A DNA stretch of 64,000 bases from contig JAGLYV010000084.1 of assembly GCA_023131975.1 (NCBI GenBank), forward strand, positions 1,065 through 65,064, given 5' to 3'. Position 1 is the stretch's first letter. The number at the start of each line of letters is the position of its first letter. Below, piece by piece: positions 22,701 through 32,077 of this stretch. The position numbers and the translations under genes are program-made. The stretch comes from Candidatus Krumholzibacteriia bacterium (GTDB lineage: Bacteria > Krumholzibacteriota > Krumholzibacteriia > Krumholzibacteriales > Krumholzibacteriaceae). The notes under the pieces were generated by a model, which saw only the letters and a program-made list of their open reading frames with translations, was not told the origin of the DNA and searched no databases.

Positions 22701-25700
22701 GTGAACGATTTTACGCTCGATCCAGAGGACAGGGCCGGAGTGATCCATATCGACTTTGGAAGGATCGACGAGGATTTCCATCAGCCGGAACTGGATGCCT
22801 TCGACGATGAGAAACAGATCGACTGGACGAACGAGTATGATACCGGGTTCCCCGACGACGACCTTGGCGTATATCCGACGAATTTCGACAACACATGGAA
22901 CGACGCATGGAGGGTGTACAACGGTATCAACTCGCGCACGAACAATAACTACCATGACACCGAGGACCTCAACCGCAACAGCAGGCACGACCTGAGAAAC
23001 GAATATTATTCTCTCACGCTGGACCTTGCCGATACGGCGCTGATCGACATTCAGAGAGATTTTCCAAAGGACCAGTATTCCGATTACTGGAACGACGCGA
23101 CCAAGACAGAGGTGTATGGTCCCCAGTACCAGGTGAATAGAAAGAAATCCTGGAGGATGTACAGACTCGATCTTTCAAAAGTCGAGAACCCGTCGGGGAT
23201 ACCCCCGAGAATGGATGCTGTACAGCATATCAGGGTCTGGGTGGAAAATCCGGCCGAGCTGAGGGCCCAGGCCGAGTATGATGGTTCGATAGAGAATATG
23301 GTCGAGATCGCCGAGATGAAGTTCGTCGGCAGCAGGTGGGAATTCGACCATATAAGGGATCTGAACGATGAGACGCAGATCGTATCCACCCCCGACATGC
23401 AGGTGAAGATCGGGACGATCAACAACAAGGACAATCCTTCGCTCTACTATTCTCCCTACAATGTAAATATAGAGGAAGGCCTGGAGACTCGAGAGCAATC
23501 CCTCTTGATCGAAGTGGACAACTTCGAGCGTGAGAGGTCGTTCAGGCTGATGAAGCGTTTCATCGGCAGGGGGCAGGATTTTCAGCAATACAGGGAGATT
23601 CAGTTTTTTGTCCGTGGCGACAATGAACTCACCAGGCATGACGGGGACCGGGTTGACTTCTACCTGCAGCTTGCCTACGACAGTCTGAACTTCTACGAGA
23701 TCGCCATTCCTCTCACTCCAGAGCGGGCCGGGTTGTGGAACTGGGTGAATATCAGACTCAGCGACCTTACAGACATGAAACTCGACGCGCAGTCTGGAGA
23801 GGACGTTGTGCGCGAAATTATCGATGCGGTCGATCCTTCGAGAGCCTACATCGCCACACTTCGCGGTAATCCATCGCTTTTCCAGGTGAAGTATCTTTTT
23901 TCCGGATTGAGGAACCTTTCCGGAGTGATGATTCCGAGAGGCCAGGTATGGTTCAACGATCTCGCTCTCGGTAATGTCCGAAAGGATGTGGATCACGCGG
24001 AGCGAGTGAGTTTGTCAGCAAGCTTCGGCAACATCCTTACAGTGGGAGGAAGCTGGCAGCATTCGGGCCCGGAGTTCAGGTCTCTCGGTCAGAAAAACGG
24101 AAGTGGAGCAAATACAAACAGCTATAACCTGAACGTCAAAACCGAACTCAACCACATCATCCCGACAGCGGGATTCCAGCTGCCAGTCACTTTCCGTTAC
24201 AACCGTGCTGACAGCAAGCCGAAATACCTTCCTCAGAAAGATGTCGAGATCACTGACCCGGCGGTCCAGGACAGTCTGAAATCAGTAAAGAACAATTACA
24301 GCATGAGTGTGTCTCTGAGCCGGAGGGGATCGAAGAACCCAATTATGAAGAATATCTTCGACAACCTTAAGGCCGGGTTCAGCTATACGAAGAATGCCTC
24401 CTTCTCTCCGACCGCAAAGGATACTTCCTGGTCGATGAGCGGAAATGCCAACTATCAGATCCAGTTCAAAAGGGACAGGGACCTTGGTCTGTTCAAAGGA
24501 ATCAAATGGAAATACTGGTTGACCAGTATCTCCATGAAGGCAAATGGAGCCAGGTCGATCAAACGCGGATATTCGTTCGACGGTGATGGGTTTGTGGAGA
24601 GGCCCGAGGGATATTCATGCGCGTGGGACAATGAGATATCGACTATCTACGATCCTTTCGAATCGGTGAAGATCAGTTACCGGAGAGTGGAGAACCGCAA
24701 CCTGGCTATCGAGAACAAGATATACGGAGTCGACATGGGGAGGCTTACCAGTTTCCGCCAGAGTATGGATATGCGATATCAGCCCAGGAGCAACATCTTC
24801 ATTCTCTCGGAGTTCAATCCTGTTTTCGAATACAGGACCAGTTATGAAGAGGATCTTAAGCCGGGGGTCAGGCAGGGAGACGATCCCGAGGGGACGAGGG
24901 ATGTCTTTGGGAAGAGGGACATCGGTATCGATTTCGATGTTGATATTGGTAAATACGCCATTGGCCTCGGGAAACTCATTGGTGTTCTGGACAAGTCCGA
25001 GCAAAGGACCGCAACAAAGCTCAAGAGACAGAGATCGGCGCAGCAGGAGAGAAAAGCCGAGTTCCAGAAGATGATGGAAGAAAGAAAGCAGACGAGCACA
25101 GGCGGAGACAAGCCCGATGGGGCGCAGACTCTTCTCCCGGAGGGACAGACGCCGCAGCAGGCCAGCCCGCCGCCGATTCAGGCGGGTGGAGGAAGTACTA
25201 CGGATGCGACTGGAAGTGACAAGAATGAATCGACTGGCCTGGGGCTGAAACGGCCGCTGGTAAAGCCGGGCAGTGAGGAAGCGCCTGTGGACACCGCGGT
25301 GGTCGATACTTCATCAGCGAAAAGCGGAATGAAGAAGCCCGACCCCAAGCTGTTCTTCAAGCATCTGTTCAGGTTTATCGGCAGGTTTGATGCCATCAAG
25401 AGTTCGATAGATATCACGCGGAAGAATCAGTACGAGAGGTTGTTCGACAGGGCGGACTTTGCCTATCAGATGGGACTTTCTCCGGTCAGCGGTATGGGTG
25501 GCGCTTTCGGTGACGAAGAGGCATCTCCCCAGAAGCAGTCTTCACGATTGAATGTCGATTTCCGTTCCGGGGTGGCGTTGACCAGCAAGATATCGGCAAA
25601 TTTCAAGTTCCATATGTCGCAAAGGACCGAGGAATCTGATACGAGAGTCACAAAGATCGACGATTTGACATGGCCGGATGTCAACCTCAACTGGAAGGGC

Positions 25701-26234
25701 ATCGAAACCTGGCCGATGTTCAGTAAGTATATCAAGACCAGCGATATAAACATCAGTTATATCAGGCAGACGTCGAAGAGGCTGGGTGAGGAAACGGATG
25801 GGTTCAGACTTGTTCCCAACTGGAATCTGATGTGGAAGAACTCTCTGACTTCAAATCTCTCGGTGACTTATTTCAAAAAGACGACAATTGAGCGTAACCA
25901 GGAGATGTGGGAAAAGAACTGGTCAGCCAGCGCGGAATTCAAGTACGACATCAGGGGGTCGAGGGGATTCGGCCTGCCCCTTCCCTTCCTCAGCAAGAAG
26001 AAACTCACGTTTGAGAGCAACCTGACGATGACCCTGCATCTCGTGTATAGCAGGGCTGAAAAATACAATGTCCCGGCTGTAACTTCCCTGTCAGTTTCTC
26101 CCAGAATGGCCTATACTTTCAGCAAGAATATGTCAGGGAACCTGACCGCGACGTACAGGCGTTCGGCCGGGGGGATATACGGATATGTCAACCATGAGGT
26201 AGGTCTGCATGCGACTGCTGAATTCAAGTTTTAA
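19782..26234 (+). CDS. sprA: T9SS translocon / cell-surface protein SprA homologue
   Basis: About 2,150-2,270 aa giant protein with the SprA-like N-terminal region (LNYEGLDDEIIRSIEMGDTDLTLSGAQLISYSGAAKGLFGVKVKAQLG) and beta-rich repeats; open frame begins at 19410 but the probable start is the ATG at 19782, giving a short signal peptide (MFLPLVLSAVPLNA|Q); start uncertain. Confidence 0.8.
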   Translation: MFLPLVLSAVPLNAQIADPAEDIWKIDLLDIAEQIEVRYYMAENEGRVPPKYLLINNICFYPNFLRSEFDLRRQFIEYDPITGRIFKYRVPGDYSFSRTEERDGVYYVRSARNVDIPGMTIRSYSIDERADVIGAVGFKKSWISDIRYNLQREREARRSGGLIDLNIPIKLPKQIEWLIGDGEETRLTVSGKETITIGGTSKWCANCPVTEGRPKQQKFPDLDMEQQLTVNLHGNIGEKIHVNIDHSSMGSGMGSTNRVSLNYEGLDDEIIRSIEMGDTDLTLSGAQLISYSGAAKGLFGVKVKAQLGVADITLIASKEEGESASGSYSGTGGQSSETTIADHNYIKRQYFYFETPGESFETPQPGFINSSIRYFPVIGGGVNDMIEVFISLEQYELQNYQGGAKLQLKACADPENDGVTGAETDNIVQWYGILRENDATGQGDYSLIQLIGDDSQVRYLGIRLNSPLRETKSLAVRYKSDGGFPDDPAQHFEVGDYNVYPDIPENDTLLAELICPETDDQSDPETQGRFWSTWNMMFRNIYSLGSAGLADGAINVRIDRVSTIIGAKHIQKETGVNFMQVFGLDQENTEGVRVPDDLIDDKKGVVNYYYGYIQFPWFEPFKIPRSQLINYLDPDYVPDPFHTPSPGVEADADSVLKYLELNEMIYLDYAKAGLTNPPHNFNIVIETSSGSRTFQLNAFDIIAGTEVVSVDGEKLIAGTDYTIDYMSGMVTLKGDRLLTMTSDSRVSIEYQHKPLVGGGKTSLLGVGANFNISSNARMNASFIYNSVGTPRYNPRLGDEPTRTMAADINGTFQFYPRWMTSMANLLPRVDTDTQSSLNISGEVAVSIPNPNTKGEAFIDDMEGVEDSDQVTVVRKLWYEASPPVDPQNPGSTLDPVTDGDFFWYNPVREETSPLYKYTSSKRDLNPRLDMRENSAIASLFLKTIDPGPGDWCGVMTGFAGGLDVQTAQYLEIWVNDFTLDPEDRAGVIHIDFGRIDEDFHQPELDAFDDEKQIDWTNEYDTGFPDDDLGVYPTNFDNTWNDAWRVYNGINSRTNNNYHDTEDLNRNSRHDLRNEYYSLTLDLADTALIDIQRDFPKDQYSDYWNDATKTEVYGPQYQVNRKKSWRMYRLDLSKVENPSGIPPRMDAVQHIRVWVENPAELRAQAEYDGSIENMVEIAEMKFVGSRWEFDHIRDLNDETQIVSTPDMQVKIGTINNKDNPSLYYSPYNVNIEEGLETREQSLLIEVDNFERERSFRLMKRFIGRGQDFQQYREIQFFVRGDNELTRHDGDRVDFYLQLAYDSLNFYEIAIPLTPERAGLWNWVNIRLSDLTDMKLDAQSGEDVVREIIDAVDPSRAYIATLRGNPSLFQVKYLFSGLRNLSGVMIPRGQVWFNDLALGNVRKDVDHAERVSLSASFGNILTVGGSWQHSGPEFRSLGQKNGSGANTNSYNLNVKTELNHIIPTAGFQLPVTFRYNRADSKPKYLPQKDVEITDPAVQDSLKSVKNNYSMSVSLSRRGSKNPIMKNIFDNLKAGFSYTKNASFSPTAKDTSWSMSGNANYQIQFKRDRDLGLFKGIKWKYWLTSISMKANGARSIKRGYSFDGDGFVERPEGYSCAWDNEISTIYDPFESVKISYRRVENRNLAIENKIYGVDMGRLTSFRQSMDMRYQPRSNIFILSEFNPVFEYRTSYEEDLKPGVRQGDDPEGTRDVFGKRDIGIDFDVDIGKYAIGLGKLIGVLDKSEQRTATKLKRQRSAQQERKAEFQKMMEERKQTSTGGDKPDGAQTLLPEGQTPQQASPPPIQAGGGSTTDATGSDKNESTGLGLKRPLVKPGSEEAPVDTAVVDTSSAKSGMKKPDPKLFFKHLFRFIGRFDAIKSSIDITRKNQYERLFDRADFAYQMGLSPVSGMGGAFGDEEASPQKQSSRLNVDFRSGVALTSKISANFKFHMSQRTEESDTRVTKIDDLTWPDVNLNWKGIETWPMFSKYIKTSDINISYIRQTSKRLGEETDGFRLVPNWNLMWKNSLTSNLSVTYFKKTTIERNQEMWEKNWSASAEFKYDIRGSRGFGLPLPFLSKKKLTFESNLTMTLHLVYSRAEKYNVPAVTSLSVSPRMAYTFSKNMSGNLTATYRRSAGGIYGYVNHEVGLHATAEFKF

Positions 26235-27180
26235 AAAAGAGGTCTTTTCTGGAAGATGGGCCGTTTCTGGAGGAGGTGTCCTGCCGGCATTTCTTGCGAC
26301 GCTCGTGATCCTCGCGTTTACGACCGCGTCGTGCGGGAGTGGAGAGACGCCGGCATTCGATGGGGAGAAGGCTTTTTTCTTTCTCGAAGAGCAGTGTGAT
26401 ATCGGATATCGACATCCCGGCAGTCCGGGGCACAGGGAACTTCAGAGGTATCTGGCCGACCGGCTCGATGAATATGGAGCCAATCTGTCGCTGCAGCCTT
26501 TTACGGGAGTACTGACGACGGGTGATACTCTGCGGAATCTGGTCAATATCATCGGTAATTATAATATGGATTCCCACAGGAGGATCATGCTCGGGGCCCA
26601 TTTTGATACTCGCCCGGTTTCTGACATGGATCCAGATCCGGCGAACAGGACGACACCTGTGATGGGAGCAAACGATGGCGCCAGCGGTGTCGCCGTCCTG
26701 CTTGAGATCGCGAGAGTGCTGCAGATCCACAAACCTCCGGTCGGGGTCGATATTATCCTTTTTGACGGGGAAGATTACGGTGATGCCGGTGTTCCAGAGG
26801 ATTTCTGTCTCGGCTCCGCGTGGTTCGCCCGTAACCTTAAGGGATACAGGCCGATGGCGGTCATCATTATCGATATGATCGGGGATTCCGACCTGAGGAT
26901 CCCTGTAGAGGGCTATTCCCTGTCAGCATCTCCCCGGCTGATCGATGAGGTATATTCCATCGCTGAACGACTCGGGTACAAGCAGTTCACGAGGGACAGG
27001 GGCCCGACGATCGTCGACGATCACCTTCCTCTTATCCAGGCCGGGCTCAGGGCGATAGACCTGATCGATTTTGACTACAGGTACTGGCATACTATCGAGG
27101 ATACACCTGACAAGTGTTCGCCGGCCAGCCTTCAGGCCGTCGGGGATGTCCTGCTGGAATTTATCTGGCAGCAGGAGTAG
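26209..27180 (+). CDS. M28-family peptidase, glutaminyl-peptide cyclotransferase-like lipoprotein
   Basis: M28 zinc-ligand motifs (GAHFDTRP, IIIDMIGD); signal peptide with lipobox-like TASC; 26-bp overlap with end of sprA. Confidence 0.75.
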   Translation: MRLLNSSFKKEVFSGRWAVSGGGVLPAFLATLVILAFTTASCGSGETPAFDGEKAFFFLEEQCDIGYRHPGSPGHRELQRYLADRLDEYGANLSLQPFTGVLTTGDTLRNLVNIIGNYNMDSHRRIMLGAHFDTRPVSDMDPDPANRTTPVMGANDGASGVAVLLEIARVLQIHKPPVGVDIILFDGEDYGDAGVPEDFCLGSAWFARNLKGYRPMAVIIIDMIGDSDLRIPVEGYSLSASPRLIDEVYSIAERLGYKQFTRDRGPTIVDDHLPLIQAGLRAIDLIDFDYRYWHTIEDTPDKCSPASLQAVGDVLLEFIWQQE

Positions 27181-27374
27181 GTTCCCGGTCGGATCGGAAA
27201 GACCGATCATCCTTTACGCGGGTGATGTGGGGCGGGGTTTCGGTCGATAAGTCCCGAAATGGGAATGCGGTTGTTTTTGCTTGCTTTTTATACCTTATTG
27301 GACTACGTTCTTGTAAGTTATGGGGCTGATAGCCCCATTTGTCTTATTGAGAGTAATTTTCCGGGAGTTCCTGG

Positions 27375-27863
27375 ATGGATGGTAATCAGCAACTTAATTC
27401 CCTTATCGAGAAAGAGCTGGATGGGCTGGGGTTTGAGCTTGTCAGACTCGATATATCCTCGGGGGGAAGAAAAAAAATTCTCAGACTCTTCGTAGACCGC
27501 GAAGACGGAGGAGTCTCGATCGATGACTGTGTGAGACTGGCCAAGGCCCTCGGCCTGGTACTTGAAGCTGAAGAGATTTTCAGTAGCCCGTATAATCTCG
27601 AGGTCTCATCGCCTGGTATCAACAGACCCCTTTCGAAACCGGCTCATTTCAAACGTTTCGAGGGCAGGGAAGTGAGGGTCGAGTATTCGAGCGGTGAAAA
27701 GGGTAAGGCCATGGTCATAGGTATTTTGAAGGATGTTGAAGAAGATTCGATTATAGTCGATGACGGTGGGAATGAGACTGCCGTGGAGTTCAGGAGTATC
27801 CTGAAAGCCCGTCTGCATGGTGAGACGTGGGAGATCGGCAGGAAGAAAAAACAGGACAGATAG
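27375..27863 (+). CDS. rimP: ribosome maturation factor RimP
   Basis: RimP N-terminal region and SSPGINRPL motif; start of the conserved rimP-nusA-infB operon. Confidence 0.9.
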   Translation: MDGNQQLNSLIEKELDGLGFELVRLDISSGGRKKILRLFVDREDGGVSIDDCVRLAKALGLVLEAEEIFSSPYNLEVSSPGINRPLSKPAHFKRFEGREVRVEYSSGEKGKAMVIGILKDVEEDSIIVDDGGNETAVEFRSILKARLHGETWEIGRKKKQDR

Positions 27864-27960
27864 AACAGACCGGTCGGGCTGTCCGGGGCGAAAACATTTT
27901 GACAGATGTGTGCGCCTGTCTTAGAATTGCAGCCGGACATGGTCTGAGGGGAGTTAGAAG

Positions 27961-29607
27961 ATGAATTCGGGATTCATAGAAGCGTTTTCGCAGATTATCA
28001 GAGTCAAAAGGGTCGACAAGAATACCCTTATCGAGACGATCAAGATCAGCCTCATGTCGGCGGCCAGGCGAAAGCACGGCCAGGAGTCAGATATCCAGGT
28101 CCATATCGACGAGGCGAAGGGTCAGATCGAGATATTTCGTATCTTCCAGGTAGTCAAGGAAGTCGAGGATGAAGCGACGGAACTTCTGCTCGAGGACGCC
28201 AGGGAGATCGATCCCGATGCCAAGGTCGGGGAAGAGGTAAGAGAGGAACTCTCGGTTGAGGAATTCGGCCGGAACGCCGTTCAGACCGCCAAACAGGTCC
28301 TCACGCAAAAGGTACGCGAGGCCGAGAGAGACAGGATATACGAGGATTATAAGGACAAGATCGGGGTCATAGTAAATGGCACGGTCCGTCAGATAGACCG
28401 GGGCAGCATTCTTGTCAATCTGGGCCGGGCCGAAGCATACCTGCCCTTACGCGAGCAGATCCGGAAGGAAAGATATAACCAGGGAGATACCCTTCGTGCA
28501 TGTGTCATGGAAGCCGACAGGGAAGCGAGGGGCCCGCAGATCATCCTTTCCAGGACGAGCAACCAGTTCCTTCTGAAGCTGTTCGAACAGGAAGTCCCGG
28601 AGATATTCGACGGCGATGTGGAAATCAAGAAAATAGCCAGGGAACCGGGCGGACGTTCGAAGATAGCAGTTCATTCACGAAGCGACAAGGTCGACGCGGT
28701 CGGATCCTGTGTAGGAATGAAAGGATCGAGAGTACAGGCAGTCGTCAACGAACTTCATGGAGAGAAAATAGATATAGTAAACTGGAGTGATAACTCTTCG
28801 GAATTCGTGTCGAGAGCTCTGGCGCCGGCGAAAGTGTCGTCCCTCAGGTTCAACGAGTTCGAGAATGTGGCTCTTGCCATCGTCGATGAGGACCAGCTTT
28901 CCCTTGCAATCGGGAGGGAAGGACAGAATGTCCGGTTGGCGTCGAAGCTGACAGGATGGAAGATCAATCTTACTACGGTCAAGGAAGTCGAACGAAGAGA
29001 CAGGCTTGAGCAGAAACTCCAGATGGATATCTCCGATATGTACGGAGTCAGCGATAAGCTGGCTGTCAAACTGAAGAGTATCGGTATTTTGACAGTGCAG
29101 AAACTTCACAAGACTTCCCTTGATGAACTTCTGGAGCTCGAAGGGATCGGAGCCAAGACAGCTGAGAGGCTCAAAGCGATGTCTTCTGAGACTATGGAAG
29201 AGCTCAACAGTGCTCTTGAGACACTTCTCGCAAAAGAGAAAGAAGAAGAAGCTGCTGCCGAAGAGGTCGAGCTCTTCGATGAAGAGGCTCTCGCGCCCGA
29301 GATCGAGAAGGCAGAAGAGGAAGTCAAGCTTACAGAAGAAGATATTTTCGGGGATAGTTCTGATGACGATTCCCCGCAGGAGGAAGACGTCGCTGACGAG
29401 TCGACGGAAGAAGATGGTGATGTTTCGATCACCTTCGATGAGACGGATGACTCTGATGATGAGGATGATTCCGATGATGAGGATGATTCCGATGATGAGG
29501 ATGACTCCGGCGATGAGGATGATTCCAGTGATGAAGATATAAAGAAAACTGATACCGGCATCTCAGGTGATGGCGCGACTGACGGGGATGACGAGCCGGA
29601 AGATTGA
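27961..29607 (+). CDS. nusA: transcription termination/antitermination factor NusA with long acidic C-terminal tail
   Basis: S1 and KH domains (GSCVGMKGSRVQAV, IGREGQNVRLAS) followed by an approximately 110-aa Asp/Glu/Ser-rich tail. Confidence 0.9.
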   Translation: MNSGFIEAFSQIIRVKRVDKNTLIETIKISLMSAARRKHGQESDIQVHIDEAKGQIEIFRIFQVVKEVEDEATELLLEDAREIDPDAKVGEEVREELSVEEFGRNAVQTAKQVLTQKVREAERDRIYEDYKDKIGVIVNGTVRQIDRGSILVNLGRAEAYLPLREQIRKERYNQGDTLRACVMEADREARGPQIILSRTSNQFLLKLFEQEVPEIFDGDVEIKKIAREPGGRSKIAVHSRSDKVDAVGSCVGMKGSRVQAVVNELHGEKIDIVNWSDNSSEFVSRALAPAKVSSLRFNEFENVALAIVDEDQLSLAIGREGQNVRLASKLTGWKINLTTVKEVERRDRLEQKLQMDISDMYGVSDKLAVKLKSIGILTVQKLHKTSLDELLELEGIGAKTAERLKAMSSETMEELNSALETLLAKEKEEEAAAEEVELFDEEALAPEIEKAEEEVKLTEEDIFGDSSDDDSPQEEDVADESTEEDGDVSITFDETDDSDDEDDSDDEDDSDDEDDSGDEDDSSDEDIKKTDTGISGDGATDGDDEPED

Positions 29608-29643
29608 GTCGGCAAAGAAATGGATGAAGGGAGTTGAGTTCCT

Positions 29644-31782
29644 TTGGCAAAGGTCCGTGTTTACGAGCTTGCTAAAAAGTATGAGATCTCCAGTGAGGCT
29701 CTGAGGAAGATCCTCGTCAAGGAAGGTATTACTGTAAAGAGTCATATGAGTACGGTCGAGGACCGTGTGGAGATTCTTATTCAGCAGCACCTGAACCGGA
29801 TAAAGAACAAGGCTTCGGCCAAGGTCAAGAGGAAGGAACGACCGCAGAGGCCGGTAAAGACCGAGAAGAAGCATCGCTCCAGGAAGCCCAGAAAGGTGGA
29901 AAGGAAAGAAGCGGATCAGAAAGCGGTCAAGGAGAGTGTGAAGAGGACACTGGCCAGGCTCGAAGTCACTCGTAAGTCGAAGAGACGCAAACGCAAGGAC
30001 GAGGTCGTCGAGGTTCCAAAAGAGGAAGAGACTCTTATCAAGCTTCCCGAGTTCTCGACCGTTGCCGACATCGCGCAGCAACTCGATGAGGACCCTACCG
30101 GGATCCTTCAGAAGTGTGTCGAGATGGAGATGATGGTATCGATCAACCAGAGGCTCGACTCGGATGCCATCGAAATGATCGCCGACGAATATGGTTACAA
30201 GGTCAAGTTCGTCACCTCTTATGGCCAGGATATCCTGGTGGAGACGAAGGAAGTAAAGCCTGAAAGACTCGAGGGTCGTCCGCCGGTCGTCACGATAATG
30301 GGCCATGTCGACCACGGCAAGACTTCCCTTCTCGATAACATTCGCCATACTAATGTCATAGCTGGTGAAAAGGGCGGGATCACGCAGCACATCGGAGCCT
30401 ATTCGGCCGAGGTGCGCGGTCGTGTGATCACTTTTGTCGATACCCCGGGTCATGAGGCCTTTACGGCGATGAGGGCGAGGGGTGCCCAGTCGACTGACAT
30501 AGTCATTCTTATTGTAGCGGCGGATGATGGAGTGATGCCGCAGACCAAGGAAGCGATAAACCACGCGAGGGCGGCCGATGTACCGATCATCATAGCGATC
30601 AACAAGATCGATCTGCCGAACGCCGACATGGAAAAGGTCAAAAGTGGACTGATGCAGCAGAACATAGTCCTTGAGGAGTACGGCGGTAATGTCATGTGCG
30701 CCGAGATATCGGCCAAGAACGATGTCGGAATAGAAAAACTGCTCGAGATGATCCTTCTTCAGGCCGAGATGATGGAATTGAAAGCCGATCCGGAATCACA
30801 GTGCAGGGGGGTCGTGCTCGAATCGAAAAAAGAGGAAGGGCGGGGTGTCGTCTGTACAGTCCTCATCCAGCAGGGCACTCTTAATGTGGGAGATATTTTT
30901 ATTGCCGGCGATCATTTCGGCCGGGTAAGGGCTCTCCTTAACGAACGCGGTAACAGGATCGAGAACGCGCCACCGTCGACGCCGGCCGTAGTACTCGGAT
31001 GTTCCGGCGTGCCCCAGGCGGGTGACTCCTTCATCCAGGTGGAAGAGGAGAGGACCGCAAAGGAGATCGCAACGAAGCGGCAGCAGTTCTCCCGTGAAAA
31101 GGACCGGAGGGCCTCGCAGGTAATGTCCCTGGAAGAGCTTTACACGCAGATACAGGAAGGTGTCGCGGCGGAGCTCAACCTGATCATCAGGGCGGATACT
31201 GACGGTTCTATTGAGGCTCTCAGTGCCAGCCTCATAGATCTGAGTACCGATGAAGTAAAGGTGAACGTGATCCTCAAGGGTGTAGGCATCGTAAGTGAGA
31301 GCGATATTCTTCTCGCCTCAGCCAGTAATGCCGTTGTCCTGGGATTCCATATAAATGCCACTCCTGAAGCGGCCAGGCTTGCCGGTGTAGAGAAAGTCGA
31401 TATTCGTTTCTATGACGTGATATATCAGGCTATCGACGATGTCAAGGCAGCCATGTCGGGGCTTCTTGAACCCGATATCGTGGAGGTCGAACTCGGCGAA
31501 GTCGAGGTACGCCAGGTATTCAGGGTCTCCAAGATCGGGACTATCGCGGGTTCATATGTAAAGTCTGGAATGGTCAAGCGCGGAGCCCTGGTCAGGGTCC
31601 GTCGCGAGGGAGAGATCATCTATAAGGGTTCGGTAAATTCGCTCAAGCGTTTCAAGGATGACGCGAAGGAAGTCCAGGCGGGCTTCGAGTGCGGCATCGG
31701 GGTGAGCGGCTTCGAGGACCTTGTAGAGGGAGATCTCCTGGAGATATACCTGGAAGAGAAGCATATCAGGACCATCGATTAA
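29644..31782 (+). CDS. infB: translation initiation factor IF-2
   Basis: GTP-binding motifs GHVDHGKTSLLD, DTPGHEAF, NKIDL; apparent TTG start with SD GAAGGGAG. Confidence 0.9.
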   Translation: MAKVRVYELAKKYEISSEALRKILVKEGITVKSHMSTVEDRVEILIQQHLNRIKNKASAKVKRKERPQRPVKTEKKHRSRKPRKVERKEADQKAVKESVKRTLARLEVTRKSKRRKRKDEVVEVPKEEETLIKLPEFSTVADIAQQLDEDPTGILQKCVEMEMMVSINQRLDSDAIEMIADEYGYKVKFVTSYGQDILVETKEVKPERLEGRPPVVTIMGHVDHGKTSLLDNIRHTNVIAGEKGGITQHIGAYSAEVRGRVITFVDTPGHEAFTAMRARGAQSTDIVILIVAADDGVMPQTKEAINHARAADVPIIIAINKIDLPNADMEKVKSGLMQQNIVLEEYGGNVMCAEISAKNDVGIEKLLEMILLQAEMMELKADPESQCRGVVLESKKEEGRGVVCTVLIQQGTLNVGDIFIAGDHFGRVRALLNERGNRIENAPPSTPAVVLGCSGVPQAGDSFIQVEEERTAKEIATKRQQFSREKDRRASQVMSLEELYTQIQEGVAAELNLIIRADTDGSIEALSASLIDLSTDEVKVNVILKGVGIVSESDILLASASNAVVLGFHINATPEAARLAGVEKVDIRFYDVIYQAIDDVKAAMSGLLEPDIVEVELGEVEVRQVFRVSKIGTIAGSYVKSGMVKRGALVRVRREGEIIYKGSVNSLKRFKDDAKEVQAGFECGIGVSGFEDLVEGDLLEIYLEEKHIRTID

Positions 31783-31795
31783 GCGAGGGCTTTCC

Positions 31796-32077
31796 ATGCT
31801 CGTCGCATGCCTTAGGATCCAGTTGCACCTGCCGGGTTGTAAATCCCTGAAGGAAAAGAGATTTGTTTTAAACAGTCTCAAGGACAGGCTCCGTTCCAGG
31901 TTCAATCTTGCCCTGTGCGAGACGGATTACCAGGACAAGTGGCAGAGAAGCGCTCTCGCCATTGTGACTATAGCCGGGAGCAGAAAAGGGGTCGACAAGT
32001 CGGTACAGGCGATAGTGACATTCCTGGAACGCCAGGAGAGGGCCGTATTGATCGAGTGTGACAAAGAGTTCTATTGA
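31796..32077 (+). CDS. DUF503-family protein (YlxP-like) between infB and rbfA
   Basis: 93 aa; position and sequence (LRIQLHLPGCKSLKEKR) typical of DUF503. Confidence 0.75.
   Translation: MLVACLRIQLHLPGCKSLKEKRFVLNSLKDRLRSRFNLALCETDYQDKWQRSALAIVTIAGSRKGVDKSVQAIVTFLERQERAVLIECDKEFY

Noticed and set aside
27322-27345. GGGGCT-GAT-AGCCCC hairpin between the M28 gene and rimP, considered as a terminator
   Set aside because: No following T-tract. It could be part of the rimP leader. The evidence is too weak to call.
29440-29540. Tandem gatgatgaggatgat... DNA repeats, considered as a CRISPR array or VNTR
   Set aside because: They lie inside the nusA reading frame and encode its acidic tail. There are no spacer-repeat alternations. 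No CRISPR array is present anywhere in the window.
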